A stretch of 64,000 nt of DNA from Felis catus. Taxonomy: Eukaryota. Below the pieces are notes generated by a model, which was given only the letters and a program-made list of their open reading frames with translations, had not been told where the DNA came from and ran no database searches. The stretch is taken from positions 155,064,001 to 155,128,000 of the forward strand of contig NC_058368.1 of assembly GCF_018350175.1 (NCBI RefSeq), written 5' to 3'. This document shows positions 61,501 through 64,000 of the stretch, in pieces. The position numbers were made by a program, and so were the translations under genes. How positions within the stretch are numbered: the first letter of the stretch is position 1; every line of letters begins with the position of its first letter.

Positions 61501-61874
61501 CATTAAGGCGTGTTATTTAATAAGCAAAATTAAGAAAAGGAAAAGTTAGAAATCTTAGCACATTTTATATAATGTACAATAAAAGCAATTGCATCTTGTT
61601 TTACTTCTTCTCTTTAATGTCTGAGATCTGAATTATCATGTATTTTGTGTACGTTGCCACAAAATGCAACATTAGAACTTAAATTCATAAGCAATAGCCA
61701 GTGCCTAAAATCATCTGTCAATGAGCATCTATGTTAGGGAAGAAAAATTACAGGTTCGAATCTCAAGCTAAAATTTTTCAGGTTCTCTTAACAATTATTC
61801 ACAGGACAGAGTCTTTGTGTATAAAGTTCTATTCCCTAACTGGAGCTGGAAGAATATTAAAAAAAAAATGTTTT

Positions 61875-62402
61875 GATGTTTGTCTCAGCCTGGAGTTTTG
61901 AGAGCAGAGCCTGAGGTTGGCAGCTCACGAACTTTATCAGGGAGGTCAACCCTGGGAGTAGAAGCGAGGGACGAGAGGGTGTGGTGGGGAAAGAGGAAAA
62001 GCCTCAACAAGGACGCCATGACGCGATTGAGTGCTCCAGCTCCCTAGAAACTCTATACCCCAGTTTTGCAGAACAAGCTGTTGGAGGAGGCAAAAGGAGG
62101 AAAGAACTTTTCTACCAGCTCCTATCGCCCATGGGTTAAACTATCACCCTATTAACTCCTTACACATTTCCCAGTTGCACACGTATAGACCTGAAGCACA
62201 AGTCTGGCCACACAATACCCCATGCCTGGCAGTCAACACCTTGTGCAGGAGGAGAGAAGCCCACCCGGGCACCAGGAGGCTGCTCTCAGGTCGCACCTGC
62301 CTGAAGTTAGCCCGAGTCTATTTAGAGCTGGCTGCTGCAGTGGAGGCTGAAACAAGACCACAGAGACAGAGTGCATGAAGTGGAGCCCACCCAGTGTTTA
62401 CA
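61875..62402 (-). mobile_element. LTR33-like ERVL LTR
   Basis: ttgtctcagcctgg...agcagagcctgag...ttaactcc...gagctggctgctgcagtggaggctgaaacaagac...taca; accounts for ORF 62031-62378. Confidence 0.7.
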
Positions 62403-62599
62403 CCGAGCCTGACTGGTGAAACAAACATGCAATCAGAATGATTTGTGAAAATTAAAACAACCTTCATTCATCACTCTGTAGTCAGAACTATTCACTAAGA
62501 ATTTATCTGTGAGATAAGAGATGTAAACCCAGGTAAAATTAATTTAAGTTTCCACAATTGTCATCCACTCAATAAATAATTTGCTTTGGGTCCTAACCA

Positions 62600-64000
62600 T
62601 GCTACATGCCCAAATCCCAATTCATTTAATGCTGCAATTCACTGATCTTACCACTCTTTCAGGTCTCTTACTTTCCTCATGTCCTTCTCCCTTCTTACTT
62701 TGGATTCCATACTCCATTGTTACCAGTATTCACTTACACGTATCAACTCCCTCACTGTTCTCTCCGGAGCCCTGTGAGACAACAGAAGCAAGAGAGGAGA
62801 ATTTCACTGAGCTCTCACTGCTGCAACCCCACACCTTCCTGCAAATTATTCCTACTTCTGCCTTTCTGCCTGTTTCTGTGGGTGAATGGTCTGTTCTTAT
62901 GAGTGCCCTGCCCCTCTCCCCTTCTCCAGTTCCATCTCCTCTTGCCTACTAAGAGAAATTGCCCCAGTATCTATTTTCTCTTTCCCCTACCTTATCAATT
63001 TTTCCTTCTCCGCTGGATCAATTTACAGTATACAGACATACTATAGTGTTCTGGCCTTTAAAATACCCTCTTAGGAAAGTGGGTGATGGGCACTGAGAAG
63101 GGCACCTGTTGGGATGAGCACTGGGTGTTGTATGGAAACCAATTTGACAATAAATTATATAAAAAATTTAAAAAAATAAAATAGCCTCTTGATCACATCT
63201 AGCCCAAAAGACCACACCTTGCTAGTTAACAACCCATTTCTCCGCTCCTCTTGACAGAATTCCTCCACAGCTTCTTCTCCCCACGTTCTCCCTTGAACCT
63301 CCTCCCATATGCCTTTATCCATAAGTCTTCATCAAATCTTCGCTTCTCAAGGTCGTTAATGATTACCACACTGATGAATGCGATGGTCATTTACTAGTTC
63401 TCATCTTCAACATCAACCAGCATTTGACACAGACGATCTTTCCTCTTTTTAAATTTTTTTGTGTTGCTGTTTTGTTTTTTTTTCCATGTGGCTTCTGGGG
63501 CCACATCCCCTGAAAATTTCTCTTCTCTTTCACTGTCTGTTCCTTCTCATTCTCTTTGTTGACTCTTCTTCATCTCTCCAACCTCTCAATTTTGGATAGC
63601 CTCAGGCCTCAATTTTGTGCCTTCTTTTCTCTATATGCACTCAGACTTTAGGTAACCTCATCCAGTTTTCATGGTTGTAATTTACCATCTATTCCTGAAG
63701 ATCTCCAAGTGTGATATCTCCAGTCTTGACCTCCTCCCTGAATCCCAGATTCACATATCTGGCCGCCTGTATGACATCTCTAGAAGTGTCTAAAAGGCAT
63801 CTTACACTTAATGTGTCAGGAACACAATTCCTGGTTCCCTCTTATCTTCATCTCCCCAAAAGTCAACTCCTCCCCATCTGAACAATGGTTTTGTGAGACA
63901 AAAATCTAGTAGTTATCCCTGTTTGCCTCTCCTCTTTATATCTCATAGGTCATCTGTCAGCAAATTTTATCTGCTCAACTTTCAGAATATAACGAAATCT
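62600..64000 (+). mobile_element. L2a ORF2 region (runs off window end)
   Basis: RT-region motifs tcaaggtcgttaatga...ctcatctt...cagcatttgacacag...ttcacatatctggccgcctg. Confidence 0.8.
63073..63176 (+). mobile_element. Felid L1 (L1_Fc-like) 3' terminal ~100 bp inserted into L2
   Basis: gggcacctgttgggatgagcactgggtgttgtatggaaaccaatttgacaataaatt plus A tail; TSD taaaataccctctt / taaaatagcctctt. Confidence 0.92.

Noticed and set aside
62581..63074. Cluster of plus-strand ORFs up to 123 aa
   Set aside because: Lie in decayed, pyrimidine-rich L2 sequence
1..64000. Non-retroviral endogenous viral element, NUMT or horizontally acquired segment
   Set aside because: No ORF or nucleotide stretch resembled viral, mitochondrial or bacterial genes by eye; a TBLASTN against viral proteins would be needed to exclude highly decayed copies
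1..64000. Inferring host-gene orientation from L1 strand bias
   Set aside because: L1 fragments occur on both strands (about six plus, four minus), too few to be informative

Overview
Mammalian, almost certainly felid (cat family) genomic DNA. The basis is 13 carnivore tRNA-derived Can-SINEs of the felid SINEC_Fc type, plus a felid-type L1 3' end. The window is AT-rich non-coding sequence, either intergenic or part of a very large intron. I found no protein-coding exon, RNA gene, CRISPR array or CpG-island promoter that I can support. The ORFs in the supplied track are chance ORFs or decayed L1/SINE/LTR translations. The main structure is a decayed, near-full-length L1 of about 8.7 kb (34391-43094) carrying seven nested younger insertions. 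The rest is the usual fossil record (L1M, L2, MIR, CR1/L3, ERVL/MaLR LTRs, hAT MITEs, microsatellites) separated by repeat-poor blocks that look like candidate enhancers. The best leads are: (1) a neural-microexon-like architecture around a 3-nt AAG on the minus strand at 18098-18100; (2) an ancient amniote repeat (Penelope1_Vert-like) next to a G4 motif; (3) a CpG-retaining CTCF motif in the old L1 5'UTR; (4) a very young SINE; (5) a body-less poly(A) TPRT insertion. I see no evidence for a wholly new biological system. Repeat family names come from recalled consensus sequences, and boundaries are approximate unless target-site duplications (TSDs) are given.
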